DNA of 62,104 nucleotides, the filler included, from Chiloscyllium plagiosum (Eukaryota): the NCBI RefSeq assembly GCF_004010195.1. It is 3 parts of one record of this genome, joined end to end, with 100 filler letters (N's around TTAATTAATTAA, not from the genome) between each part and the next. Parts side by side here need not be neighbours in the genome. Positions count along the whole stretch, not along the records: positions 38,248 to 62,104 come from NC_057714.1; 2 more parts are not named here. One strand, written 5' to 3'. Positions 49,920 through 62,104 of the stretch are shown here, one piece after another. Under the pieces are notes generated by a model. It was given only the letters and a program-made list of their open reading frames with translations. It searched no databases and was not told the DNA's origin. Both the position numbers and the translations under genes were made by a program. The number at the start of each line of letters is the position of its first letter. Positions within the stretch are counted from its first letter, which is position 1.

Positions 49920-52900
49920 GGCAAGGTTTTGATCAGGAGTAGTCAGCCAGGCCTCCCTTGTCAGAGGGAAGTCATTCCTAACAAATCTGATTGCCACCTT
50001 GAGAAACTCAATCAGGTGCATAGATGAGGGTCACACAATTGAAGTTGTTTACATAGATTTCAGCAAAGCCTTTGACGAGGTCCAACATGGGAGACTCTAA
50101 ATGAGGTAAAATCACACAGGATCCAAGATAACTTGGCAAGATGAATCCAAAACTGGCTTAATGGTAGAAGACAGAGGGTGGTGGTAGAAGGCTGTTTGTG
50201 TGACTGGAAGCTGGTGTATAGTGAAGTAACACAGGAATCAGTGCTGAGTTCCTTATTGTTCATGGCATTTATAAACGATATAGATGAAAATGTAGGAGGA
50301 ATGCAAATGAGAGGAAGATTGGCCAGGTAGTTAATACCAAGTAAGAAAGTTTTAGCGTACAGGAAGAATTGGATATGTTGGTCAGATGAGCCAGATAGAA
50401 TTCAATCCTGAAAAGAATGAGGTAATGCATTTTAGAAGAAATAACAATATAAGGAAGTATTCAATGAAACCTAGGACACTAGGAAGATCGGAGGAACAGA
50501 GGGATCTTAGGGTGCTTGTCCACAGATCCCTGAAGGCGGCTGGATAGGTTAATAGGAGAGTTAAAGGCAAGCGTCCCAAATGTCTTCTGGTCAGTCATGG
50601 CATAGATTATCAGAGCAAGGAGGTTATATTGGAATGAAAGTTTGTTTAGGCCATAGTTGAAGTACAGTTTGCAGTCCTGGCTGCCATACTATAGAAAGGA
50701 TATGATTGCACTGAAGGGGGTGCAGAGAAGAATCACCAGGATGTTGCATTGGGTTGGAGCATTTCTGTTCTAAAAAAAAACCCAAGCCTATCTAACTTCT
50801 CTTCAAAGCTGAGATGGTAGAGGGGTGACCAAATTGAGGCACATAAGATATATAGGGAATGGATAGGGTGATAAGAAGTAGCTGTCCCCCTTAGTAGAAG
50901 GGTCAATAACGAGGGGAATAATTTTAAGATGAAGGACGAGATTGAGAGGGTATCTGAGGAAAGGATTTTTCACCCAGAGGCTGGATTGAATCTGGAATGC
51001 ACTGCCAGGGAGGGAGCAGTGGAGATGGTAAACCTCATGGCCTTTAAAAAGTACATGGATGAGAACTTGAAATGCCATAACATTCAAGGCGATGGGCCAG
51101 GTGTTGCAAGTAGAATTAGCACAGATAGGTCTATGGACTGAAGAACCTCACTCTATGAACATCCTCCATTTTGGGTTTCAGAGTTTGATCAACAAATGGC
51201 ACCCATAATGGTACAGCTGCAAGGCTGAAAGCTCTTTGGATAAAATCAGTCTTAAATCATCATCTGACCATCTCATGAATGTGCAGAACAGAGAGGAAAT
51301 GGGATCATTTCATGCAGAAAATGATTGTAGAGGTAGTGGATGAGTTGGTTATCACCTTCACAAATTCTGCAGTTTGTGGAACAGTCCCACAGATAGTGGG
51401 GTTACATTTGCCACCCTCCAATTTAAATACAGTGGGAGGAAGAAAACAGGAAATTATAGACTATTTTGTGCTTTATCAGCTTGAGTCTATGAGAAAGAAT
51501 GTGATAAAAGGACACTTGGAAAATTTCAATATGATTACTTAAAGGCTGTGAATGCCAGAATGCAGAAAAGGTTTATGAGAAAATTTCCAGGGATGACACA
51601 CTTCAGTTATGAGGAAGGTTTGAAGGTTTGAAGAAACTTGCATTATTTTCCTTTGAGAGGAGAAGGCAAACAGGAGACTTGAGAGAAGTTTTCAAATTCA
51701 AGAATCTAGAAAGAATGGACCGGGAGAAGTTGCTCCCACTTTTGCAGATCAAGAACCAGAGAGCATAGCTTTATGGTGTTTTGCACAAAAAAAAAATGAG
51801 GTGCTAAAATTTCACTCAGCAAGTAATTAAGGTAGGGAATGCACTGCCAGGAAATCTGAAGGAATCAAATTCAATTGAGGGAATTGTTTTCAGTTTAAAT
51901 AAATACAACATGCAGAGGTTTGGGGAAAAGGCTGGAGATTAGCACAAAGTTAAAATACTCCAAGCTACTGCTGACAGCTCATTCCATACAAATACCACTC
52001 TCTGCGTGAAAAGATTGCCCCATAGGTCTCTTTTATATCTTTCTCCTCTCACCCTAAACCTATGCCCTCTAGTTCTGGACTCCCCCACCCCAGGGAAAAG
52101 ACTTTGTTTATTTATCCTATCCATACCCCTCACAATTTTGTAAACCTCTATAAGGTCACCCCTCAGCCTTCGAAGCTCCAGGAAAAACAGCCCCAGCCTG
52201 TTTCAGCCTCTCCCTATAGCTCAAATCCTCCAACCCTGGCAGCATCCTTGTAAATCTTTTCATGTTTGACAAACTGACCGGAGTGGTTTTTCTTTCAGGG
52301 CATAATTAGTAGAATAGATGATCAAGGACGAATGATGTGGTGCATTTGAATAATCAGAAAACTTTGAGAACTGACATTCAAGGTTTGTATGCAAAACTAA
52401 AGCGCACACAGTTGGAGTTAAAGTACTGGCACGGATTAAGAATTGGTTAGCAAACGGGAAACAGAAAGTAGCAATAAGTGGGTGTTTTCCAGAGCAGAAT
52501 GTATCAATTAGTGAAGTCACACAGGTTCACTGCATGGGGCCCAGCAATTCACCGTATCTACTGTGCCAATAATTTGGATGAGGGAATCAAATGTCCAGGT
52601 TTGCTGACTACACAGAAATAAGAGGAAACAAGAATGGTGAGGAGAAAGTGAAGAGGCTGTAAAATAATTTAGTTATATTGAGTGAGCGGGCAAATACATG
52701 AAGTTGTCTATGTTGGTAGGAAAAACAATGAAAACAGAGTACTATGTAAGTGGTAGATTTTGATGCTCAAAGGGACATGGGTGACCTTGCACATCACTGA
52801 TTGAAAGCAAGCATGCAGATAGCCCACGAGCAGTTAGTAAAGCAAATGTTACACTGGCCTTCATTGCAAGAGGGTTTGAGTACAAGAGCAATGAAGTCTC

Positions 52901-53390
52901 ACTGCAACTGCATAGGGCCTTGGTGAGACCACACCTAATGTACTGCATGCAGTTTTAGTTTCCTTACTGAAGGAAAGTATAATTGACAGGAATAATGCAG
53001 TGAACGTGTGCCAGACTGATTCCTGGGATGGCAGGTTTATCATACAAACAGATTGGGTTGATTGACCACTTGCAGCAAAGCTAAGAGTCATAGAGTCTTG
53101 GTCCAAATCATCTATACTGACCAGATGATCTAATCCTATTTGCCAGCACTTGGCCCATATCCCTCTAAACCCTTCCTATCCATATACCCATCCAGTTGCC
53201 TTTTAAATGTTGTAATTCCACCAGCCTACATCACTTCGTCTAGCAACTCATTCCAAACACGCAGCACCCTTGGCAGGAAAAAGTAGCCCCCCCAAGTCCT
53301 TTTTGAATTTTTCCCCTCACCCTAAACCTACACCCTCTGGATACCCCAACCCCAGGGAAAAGACTTTGTCTATTTACCCTGCCCTCATGA
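49920..53390. mobile_element. CR1 fragments filling PTCHD3 coding intron 1 (plus 49920-51150, 51300-51940, 52380-53060; minus 51975-52260, 53085-53390)
   Basis: RT motifs (DFSKAFD, WLNGRRQRVVV, LVRPHL) and CR1 3' ends. Confidence 0.8.
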
Positions 53391-53746
53391 TTTGAGAAAT
53401 TGCTTTGCATGGTGGATTACTTTGTCAAGTATGCTATTTACTAACACAATAAAGACTGTACTGCAATAATACAGCATGTGCAGAGCTTTGATGTATCCCT
53501 TAAAGGTGTAAGGCACTCTAGCTTACAAAGACATCATAAAAAGGCATCATATGTTCCCTAGCAATAGGAACTTGCAGATACAACTGAAATAAGGACTGAT
53601 CTCTCATAAATCTGGCTATTATCACATGAATTATGGATTGGCCATCCAGGCTTTGACATCTATTCGGATCATGCTGCAAGGTCAAATTCTACTGGGACAA
53701 GAGAGGGAATTCTCCAAGTGATAACCTGCGTACTTTAAATCCTTAC

Positions 53747-54475
53747 CTCAATACGAGATGAATTTGTAAGGTCCATTGGGAATTCACGAAGAAACTTTTC
53801 AATCCACAGCAAACTGAGTCTCTTATATGCTTCATCATCTTCTCTTAAAGGATAATGTAACTTTAAAGCTTTTGCCATTTTTATAATAGTTCCATTTTCA
53901 TCTAATTCAACACCACCCACTGTACTAGCAATAAAAGCATGATTTGCTATTGGGTAAGAAATATTGGTACTCTCAACGAGGTGAGGATCATAGTGTAGCA
54001 AAGCTAAGACTGCATTTGAGAAACAAGTGTTTGCTGTTTTTGCACAAAGATTATAATAATTGTAGGCTGTGCCATTGTCAATAATTTGAAAGTCTTTGAT
54101 TTTCTTATCAAGAAACAGAATCTCTTCAAATGCTACTTTTGTTAGAACGTTGCCATCTTTTGAAACAGCAATCAAAGAAGCAAATGTCCCCTCTGTATAA
54201 AGTCTCTGTCTGGAGAAAAATTGAGAATCATTGGTTGGAAAATGCTCTTTAATAAATTCTCTCACTGACTTTGCTGGTCCATTAATGGGTGTGAATTGAT
54301 CCTCTATGTTATTGCTTTCATTTTCAGCAAAGAAACAAAATCCTGCCCCGAATCCTCCAGAAACAAACAGAGGAATCAACAAGAACTGCCAAGGGTTCTG
54401 ACCAACACAAGTTCCCAGTTTTCTGAAGGCTCTACAAAGAGGTTTTTCAATACAATCCGTCTGATACCAAGCCAT
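53747..54475 (-). CDS. PTCHD3: PTCHD3-like first coding exon (729 nt; TM1 and first luminal loop)
   Basis: ATG at 54475 with an upstream in-frame stop. TDCIEKPL..NPWQFLLIP..IEDQFTPINGPAKS..FPTNDS..FSRQRLYTEG. Donor GAG|gtaagg, phase 0. The four exons total 2634 nt (877 aa + stop). Confidence 0.92.
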
Positions 54476-54527
54476 GATAAGAACAGAACTGGGGTTCCAA
54501 GGTTTTCAATTCAACAAATTCATTATT

Positions 54528-54550
54528 CTGAAAGACAAAGACAGAAACAA
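54528..54550 (-). promoter_or_regulatory. Splice acceptor 52 nt upstream of the ATG, implying an upstream non-coding exon
   Basis: Minus strand tttctgtctttgtctttcag|aataatg: a strong polypyrimidine tract plus CAG. Confidence 0.6.
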
Positions 54551-54959
54551 TGATTAAAAACTGATTTTAACAAAATGGGTTATGGCATGTAATGCATAAA
54601 ACCTGTCCAGTACAAGTTGTGATTCAAATTAGAAATGTTTGTATTGAAAGATTACTCAGCAGTCTGTCCACTTATGACTGGGTCCAATTTGGTAAAAAGA
54701 GTAAAGAACAAATAAAGCGTTGACATTGAAGTGCATCAACAACAACTTGTATTTATATAGCATTATTAATGTAGGTAATTCTCCTAAGAAGCTTCACATA
54801 ATTCACCTACCAAAACATAACACCAAACTACATTGGGATCAAAACATTGTCAAAGAAGGAGTGTCTAAAGAAAGCTCTTAAGAAGGAAGTGGAATGGCGG
54901 CTAAGTTTAACATAAATTTAAGATGCTATAACATAGGAGGTGCATACGGTCTCAAAGCT

Positions 54960-57480
54960 CCAGAACATAAGTATAGGAGTAAGTCATTCAGCATTCAAGC
55001 CTGTTCCCACATTCAATACCATCCTGGTAGATCTGTGGCCTAACCCCATACATCTGCCTTTGGCCAATATCGTTTAATGCTTAACAAAATGTTATCCATT
55101 TCAGATTTTAAAATTACCAACTGATCTAGCATCAACTTCTTTTTTGGAAGAAAGTTGCAAACTGCTACCATGTGTGTATAGAATGCTTCCTAAGATCTCT
55201 CCTGAACGATCTGGCCCTACGTTTAAACTATGCCCAGCAGTTCTAGAATCTCCAACCAGTGGAAATAGTTTATCTTTTTCTAACCTGTTCTTTCTTGTTA
55301 TTATTTTTAAGAGTTTGATCAGATAATCCCTTAACCTTCTAAATTCTAGAGAAAACAGACTTAAATTTATATAATCTCTCCTCATAACCTCTGAAGACCA
55401 GGTATCAGTCTTGTAAAACTACCCTGTACTCTCTCAAAGGCCAGTTTATCCTTCCTAAGGTGTGGTGCCCAGATCTGTTTACCGTACAGTTGGTTCTGAT
55501 ATAACACAATAGTTGCATTCCCATACGACCTGCGTTATTAGAAAATTACTTAATAGCAACACCTTTTAAACTAATGGGGGCCAGAATCACCAATACAGGT
55601 AAGGAAAGTTTGCGCTCTATAAATGGTCTAAATTTTTCAATCACGTTATAGCGAATTTACATTGAAGAAACAAGCATTATAGCAGAACTGACTGTATTCC
55701 AACTGGAGTCTAACCAGGGCTTTGTAATGCTGCCAGATAACGTCTGCATTCTTAAACACCAGTCCTCTAGATTTCAAGGCCAGCATTCTATTGGCCGCCT
55801 TGATTATTTTCTGCACCTCTTTGTGGCATTTTAAAGATCTATGATTGTAAACACCCCCATTCTGTTTGGACTTCCACTGTATCATATCATCTACAAAGTA
55901 CTGTGATCTATCCTTTCTTCTGTCCAAAATAACCTTACACGTGCTTATATTGAAATCCATCTGCCATAGTTTTGTTCATTCACCTAGTCTATCAATGTTC
56001 CTTTGTAATTATATAAGATCATCTACACTATCTGCACTGCTGCCTAACTTTGTGACATTAACAAATTTGGATATGTGACTTACTATGCCATTTTCCAAGT
56101 TGTTAATGAAGTACAAATAATTAAGCCCCTATCACAGATCCTTATGGGATAATACTAGTCTATACTAGTCAGTATCTACCTATTATCCCTACTTTCTGTT
56201 GCCTGTCACTCAAACAAATTGCCAGCCATGTCAGTAATTTGCCCTCAATTCCATGGGCTTCTACCTTAGTTAACAGTCTCTTATGTGGGACTTTACATGG
56301 ATTTCCAGAAGGCATTTGATAAACAACACTCAGACATTCCCCTGCCCACGAACTAAGTCAGCTCTTCAGAAAAATTCAAAGACGTTTGTCAGATATATCC
56401 TCCATGTCACAAATCCATGCTGGCTCTCCCTGATTAATTGAAAATTTGTGAGATGTTCAATTACCCTATCCTCGATTATGGCCGCCAACACATTTCTCAC
56501 CACAGACATTAAGCCAACTGGTCTGTAATTTCCTAGGTTTTCTCTTTTGCCCTTCTAATATACAGAGATATACACAATTTTCCAATTTAGAAGGATGATT
56601 CCTGAAACTTGGGAACTCTGAAAGCTTTTAATTAGAGTTTCCGCAATGTGCTCCCCTACTTCTATTAACATATCCAGATGGAAACCATCAAGTCTTGGGG
56701 ATTTGTCACTCATTAGTTTAATTAATTTCCTCATCATCAAATGTTTTATTTATGTTAATTTTATTCATTTCCTTTCCCCAAACCATTATTAATTTCCTTG
56801 CGAGCTCCAGAAAGCCATTGTCCTTTTCTACCATAAATACTGAAGCAAACATATTCTAACATAGAGACACAGACATACAGCACAGAAACAACCCAATCAG
56901 TCCATGCTGAACATAATCCAGTCCTACATGCTTGCTCCAGGCCCAAATCCCTCCAAACCTTTCCTATTCATGTTCTTATCTAAGTGTCTTTTAGTGTTGT
57001 AACTGTGCCCCAATCCACCACTTCCTCAGGAAGTTCATTCCACGCGCAAACCACCTTCTGTGTAAAAAAAAAAGCTCCCATTTCTTTTTGAAATCTTTCT
57101 CCTCTCAACTTAAAAATATGCTCCCTCAACTTGAAATCCCTAATCCTTGGGGAAAAAAAAAACATCTACTATTAACTCTATCTATACCCCTCATGATTTT
57201 ATAAATCTCTGGTAGGTTACCTCTCAACCTCCTACGCTTCAGTGAAAAGGTGCCTGCCTATTCAGCCTTTCTTTGTAACTCAAACCTTCCATACCCAGCA
57301 ACATCCTGGTGAACCTCTTCTGAACCCTCTCCAGCTTAATATCCTTCCTATAACTCAGCATGTCTACCATTTCCTCAAAGTCATTGACAATATCCTCACT
57401 TTCAGTCTTTCATGAGCCAACATTAATCCTGATCACTTGGTTTCTGTTTACGTAACTATGGAATTTCTTATTAATTTTGA
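54960..57480 (-). mobile_element. Old CR1 LINE (RT to 3' end) with nested younger CR1 end (~56860-57360) and MITE
   Basis: ORFs LFSLEFRRLR, HYKALVRLQLEY, DKSPRLDGFH, FFTQKVVCAWNELP. Confidence 0.8.
55487..55694. mobile_element. Tc1/mariner-superfamily MITE (208 bp) with TA target duplication
   Basis: TIRs cagttggttctgatataa / ttatagcagaactgactg (15/18 match). TA at 55485-55486 and 55695-55696. The CR1 host sequence resumes on both sides. Confidence 0.8.
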
Positions 57481-57719
57481 TGTACCTTTTGAAGTTTCTT
57501 TTCACGATCACTTTTAGTAACATTTGTAAGCTATTTTCATGGCCCTTTGCAGCAAGCCTGCTTATTCAACAAGTACATGGCTAAATCATATAAATCCCAC
57601 TTTGCCATTTGATCCCCCAATTCCACTGATTCCATGAGTTCCCAAGAACTTATCAATCTCATTCCTCAATATGATGAATCACTGAGGAACAGAAAAAAAA
57701 AGGATGGAGAACAAAATAT

Positions 57720-58630
57720 GGACCAGGAGTCACATGCTTTGGAGGATCTGAAAGCAAGGATAAGGAATTTTAAATCAGAATGTGGCTGGCTTGTGGCCAA
57801 TGCAATTACAAATGACAAAGTTGACAAATGAACAGAATTTGAGGTGAGTTATAAAGCAGGTAGCAGAGTTGTGGTTGATTTCAAATTTATGAAGAATGGA
57901 AGGCCAGATGCTAATCAGGACATCACCGGAATAGTCAAGTAAAAGCATGAATGAAGTCTTCAGTTGCAGATAAGTTGAAACAAAGACAGAATCGGAGCTG
58001 TTATGGAGGTGAAAGTTGGTAGCCTTGATGGAGTGTATTTGTAGATGGAGCCTCATCTTAGGGTTAAACAAAATTTTAGAAGATGTGAATTCACTGGTTC
58101 TGCCTCATAAATTAGAAGGAAAGTGATATAGCTCACGGCTGGGGAAGAATGTTTGTGGCAGGGACTGATGGTAATGGTTTTAGTCATTCTGAAATTTAGT
58201 TGGAAGAAAGATCTGTTCATTCAGAACTGAACGCTGGATAAACAATATGACAACTCAAAGAAAGTGGAAGGTCATGAAAGATAATGGTATGTTAGTGCTG
58301 GGTGTCCTATGTGGGAATTCATCTTTTCAGAAGCTGCCACCAAGGAGCAGAAAGTAGATGAGAAATAGGAGGGGACCATGAATAGATCTTATAGATTTCC
58401 AGAGGTAATATTGCAGGAGAAAAGATTGCAGATGATCCTCCGATTATGATTGAATAAATAAGAATGGAACAAGCCAACGTAATCCAATTCAGCTGGATGA
58501 CAGAGGAGGAGAGGCTTTAGAGCAGCATAGTGTGGTTATCCATGTCAAAGACTGCAGATACATCGAGGATGATAAGGAAAAAAATGTTTACCATAGTCAC
58601 ACAGAATATCTCTTATGACTTTTATTAGGG
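57720..58630 (-). mobile_element. Degraded L2-like LINE fragment
   Basis: ORF 57775..58071(-) LQIHSIKATNFHLHN..LLDYS..LHKFEINHNSAT resembles the L2 ORF2 C-terminal region. ccatgtcaaagactgc (AVFD). Confidence 0.55.
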
Positions 58631-58849
58631 TCATGGACTAGAAAGCATGGAGTTTTAAAAAATAAATCTGTTTCAAAATCGAGATGAGACAAAGATTCTA
58701 CTGAGGGTATGAGTCTGCGGAATTCTCTTCCTTAGCTGGATCATTCAAGGCGGATTTTTTTGATAGACAAGGGAGTCAGAGGTTATGGGGGACAGACGGG
58801 GAAATGGAATGGAGACCACAATCAGGTCAGCCATGATCCCATAACACAT

Positions 58850-61300
58850 TCCTGCTTAGTTTTGAATCTTCTGCAGTTTGGTGCCGCATTCAAATCATTG
58901 ATAAGTGTTGTGAACAGCAGGAGCCCAAGTACTGATTCTTCCAGTACCACATTAGACATAGTTTTCCAACATAAGGATAACTCATTTATTCATACCCTAC
59001 ATATTATGCCTGTTATCCAATCCATAATCCACACCAGTGCATTACCTCCTGTACAATGTGCTTTAATTTTACATTCCAGCATATTGTGGTGGGCTTTTTC
59101 AAAAATCTTCTGAAAATCCAAAATGTACAACATCCATAACCTCCTTTATCTTTATAAAATACTAATAAGTTTGTCAAACATGATTTTCCATTCACAAATC
59201 CAAGGTGACTATGCCCCAACAGATCATTTTTAAGTTCCATTTATCACATTCTTGATATATTCTAGCATTTCCCAACTCCTGACATTAGGTTGTCAGGTTT
59301 GTAGATCCACTTTTTTTTCCATTGCTATTTCCTTCAATGGGCATCATTTGTAAGTGTTCAAATGGCAGGAATCATTCTAGATAATGTAGACTTTTGCAAG
59401 ATGATTACTAATGCATCAACTATTTCTATAGCCACTTCCTTCAACAGTTTGGGACAATAATTATCAGGTCCTGGGAACTTATCAATTTTCAGCTCTCTCA
59501 ATTGCTTTAACATAACCTTCTTACTAATATCAATTCCTTAAACTCCTTATTCTCCCCAGTCACTTGGATCTCTAAATCTGGGAGATTTCTTGCATCTTCC
59601 CTCATGAAAACAGACACAAATAAATAATGTTGTTTTTCTGCCATATTATAAATTCTCCTGACCCTTTATTAAATGTCTTAGTCAAACATTTCCTTTTCAC
59701 ATGATCGCTGAAACTTAGAGTCAATTTTTATGTTTTTTTGCTAGATTGTATTTGTGTTCTATTCTTCCTTTCCTTATCAGTTTCTTGGTCCTCCTTTGCT
59801 ATATTCTAAAAACTTCACAATCCTCAGATTTGGGACATTTTATATGCTTTTCCTTTTGGATATTTTCCAATCAACCTGTTCAGAGATATTATTACAAATC
59901 TCGAGAGCAGATAGAACTTGAACTTCGGCCTCCTGACCCAGAGGTAGTGACATTATCACTGTTCCATAAGAGCCCCTTTAATCGTATGCAATTCTTTTGT
60001 TGGCCAAAGTGGATTGACCTTTGATGCAATGTAAAGTTGCATTTTTCCAATCCAGCTCAGCCAATGTATTCATCATACTTTCAGAATTTCTCTTATTCAA
60101 ATTCAATACCCTTGCTTTATATTAAGTAACCTCACTTTTAAACATAATGAAAAATTCTATCATATTGTGATCATTTATCCCTAAAGGATAAATTAATTAA
60201 TCCTTTTTCATTACATAATACTAGATCCAAAATAACCTGCCTTCTAGTCTGCTTAACATGTTGTTCGAGAAAAACATGCCTTAGACACTCCAGAAGCTCT
60301 TTATCCACAGCTTTAATTATCAATTGACTTTCCTGGTTTAAATGCAAATTAAAAGTAGAGAAATTATTGGAGAAGATTCTTAGGGACAGGATTATTCACA
60401 TTTGGAAAATAGAAAAGGACTTATTTGCATTCGGCAGCATGGCTTTATGTAGGGGAAGTCATAGATCATAAACTTGATTGCATTTTTTGCAGAAGTCACA
60501 AAGATGATGGACAGCAGGGTGGTGGATATTGTCTACGTGTATTTTAACAAGGTCTTTGACAAGGTCCCTCATGATAGGCCGGTACAAAGGTGAAGTCACT
60601 TGGGATCCATAGTGAGCTGGTAAGATGGATGCAGAACTGGCTTGATCATAGAAGACAGAATAGCAGTGGAAAGGTGTTTTTTTAGACTAGACATTTATGA
60701 CCAATGGTATTCCAATGATCAATGCCTGGAGTCCTGTTATTTGTAATAAATGATTTGGTGGAGAACATAAATAACCTGATTCTTAAGTTTGATTTGGTGA
60801 GATGCAGATAATGAAGAGGATTGCCAGAGGATACAACAGGATACAGGTAGGCTGGAGATTTGGCAGATGAAAAAAAAATGGCAGATGGAATGTACTTCAG
60901 ACAAATGCAAGGTTATGTATTTTGAAAGGTCTAATGTAGGAGGGCCCATTGTAAATGGTAGAACCCTTAGAGGCATGAACATAAGTAGGGAGCTAAGCAT
61001 ACAAGTTCACAGTTCCCTTAAAATGGCAACACGAGTGGATAAAGTGGTCAAGAAGGCATAAGGCATAATTGTCTTCTTTGATCAGGTCATAAGAGTATAA
61101 AATCTGGCAAGCTATGTTTCAGCCTTTTAGTTAGGCCACATTTGGAATAATATATAGAATTCAGGTTGTCACATTACCAGAAGGGTATGGAGGCTTTGGA
61201 GACATTACAGAAAAGGTTTATCAGGATGCTGTCTGGTTTGAAGGGTTTTAGCTATAAAGAGAGAGTGGAGACTTAACAGGGGTAGGTGAGGGACAACCTA
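58850..61300. mobile_element. Degraded CR1 fragments (minus 58850-60350; plus 60355-61300)
   Basis: GFVNGKSCLTNLLVF; KKWQMECTSDKCKVMYF. Confidence 0.75.
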
Positions 61301-61307
61301 ATAGAAA

Positions 61308-62104
61308 TATAGAACATAGAACATACAGCACAGAACAGGCCCTTCAGCCCACGATGTTGTGCTGACCATTGATCCTCATGTATACACCCTCAAAGTTCTG
61401 TGACCATATGCATGTCCAGCAGGCTGCTGGCAACACATTCCATGCTCTCACAACTCTCTGTGTAAAGAACCCGCCTCTGACATCCCCTCTATACTTTCCT
61501 CCAACCAGCTTAAAACTATGACCCCTCGTGTTAGCCATTTCTGCCCTGGGAAATAGTCTCTGGCTATCGACTCTATCCATGCCTCTCATTATCTTGTATA
61601 CCTCAATTAGGTCCCCTCTCCTCCTCCTTTTCTCCAATGAAAAAAGGTCTGAGCTTAGTCAACCTCTCTTCACATGATAAGCCCTCCGGTCCAGGCAGCA
61701 TCCTGGTAAACCTCCTCTGAACCCTCTCCAAAGCATCCACATCTTTCCTATAATAGGGCGACCAGAACTGGATGCAGTATTCCAAGTGCAGTCTAACCAA
61801 AGTTTTATAGAGCTGCAACAAGATCCTTAAACTCAATCCCCCTGTTAATGAAAGCCAAAACACCATATGCTTTCTTAACAACCCTGTCCACTTGGGTGGC
61901 CATTTTAAGGGATCTATGTACCTGCACAACAAGATCCCTCTGTTCTTCCACACTGCCAAGAATCCTATCCTTAATCCTGTACTCAGCTTTCAAATTCAAC
62001 CTTCCAAGATGCATCACCTCGCATTTATCCAGGTTGAACTCCATCTGCCACCTCTCAGCCCATCTCTGAATCCTGTCAATGTCCTGCTGCAGCCTACAAC
62101 AGCC
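61308..62104 (-). mobile_element. Relatively young CR1 3' end, running off the window
   Basis: MEFNLDKCEVMHLG, LVRLHLEYCIQFWSPYYRKD, RGDLIEVYKIMRG, (catagaa)n tail. Confidence 0.92.

Overview
Repeat-dense vertebrate genomic DNA, almost certainly from a shark. This is inferred from the HE1-type V-SINEs, abundant CR1 LINEs and elasmobranch-type Penelope repeats. One intact host gene can be built from the sequence: a PTCHD3-like (Patched/sterol-sensing/RND family) gene on the minus strand, with 4 coding exons (54475-53747, 49239-49118, 49011-48866, 46721-45085), phase-compatible GT-AG introns and 877 aa. The rest is mobile DNA: a decayed Gypsy provirus (602-5527), Tx1-like L1-clade 3' ends, one near-full-length and many truncated CR1s, L2 pieces, SINEs, a Harbinger remnant and Tc1/mariner-type MITEs. 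The strongest unannotated signal is a set of Penelope-like element (PLE) derivatives from at least three families. Many are fold-back palindromes with 12-15 bp TSDs and carry minimal hammerhead-ribozyme cores (CUGANGA-stem-GAAA + palindromic ACGU/AGCU helix III) on both strands. Other notable structure includes the same Tx1 family at the homologous site of both Gypsy LTRs, a 1.6 kb tandem duplication whose junction is filled by 28 nt of CR1 RT sequence, a fold-back duplication of the provirus end, and a mosaic duplication that preserves an empty PLE site. Two 100-nt N gaps contain an artificial TTAATTAATTAA linker, so contiguity across 16252-16351 and 38148-38247 is unproven. Repeat boundaries were read by eye and are approximate. 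Percent identities are visual estimates.
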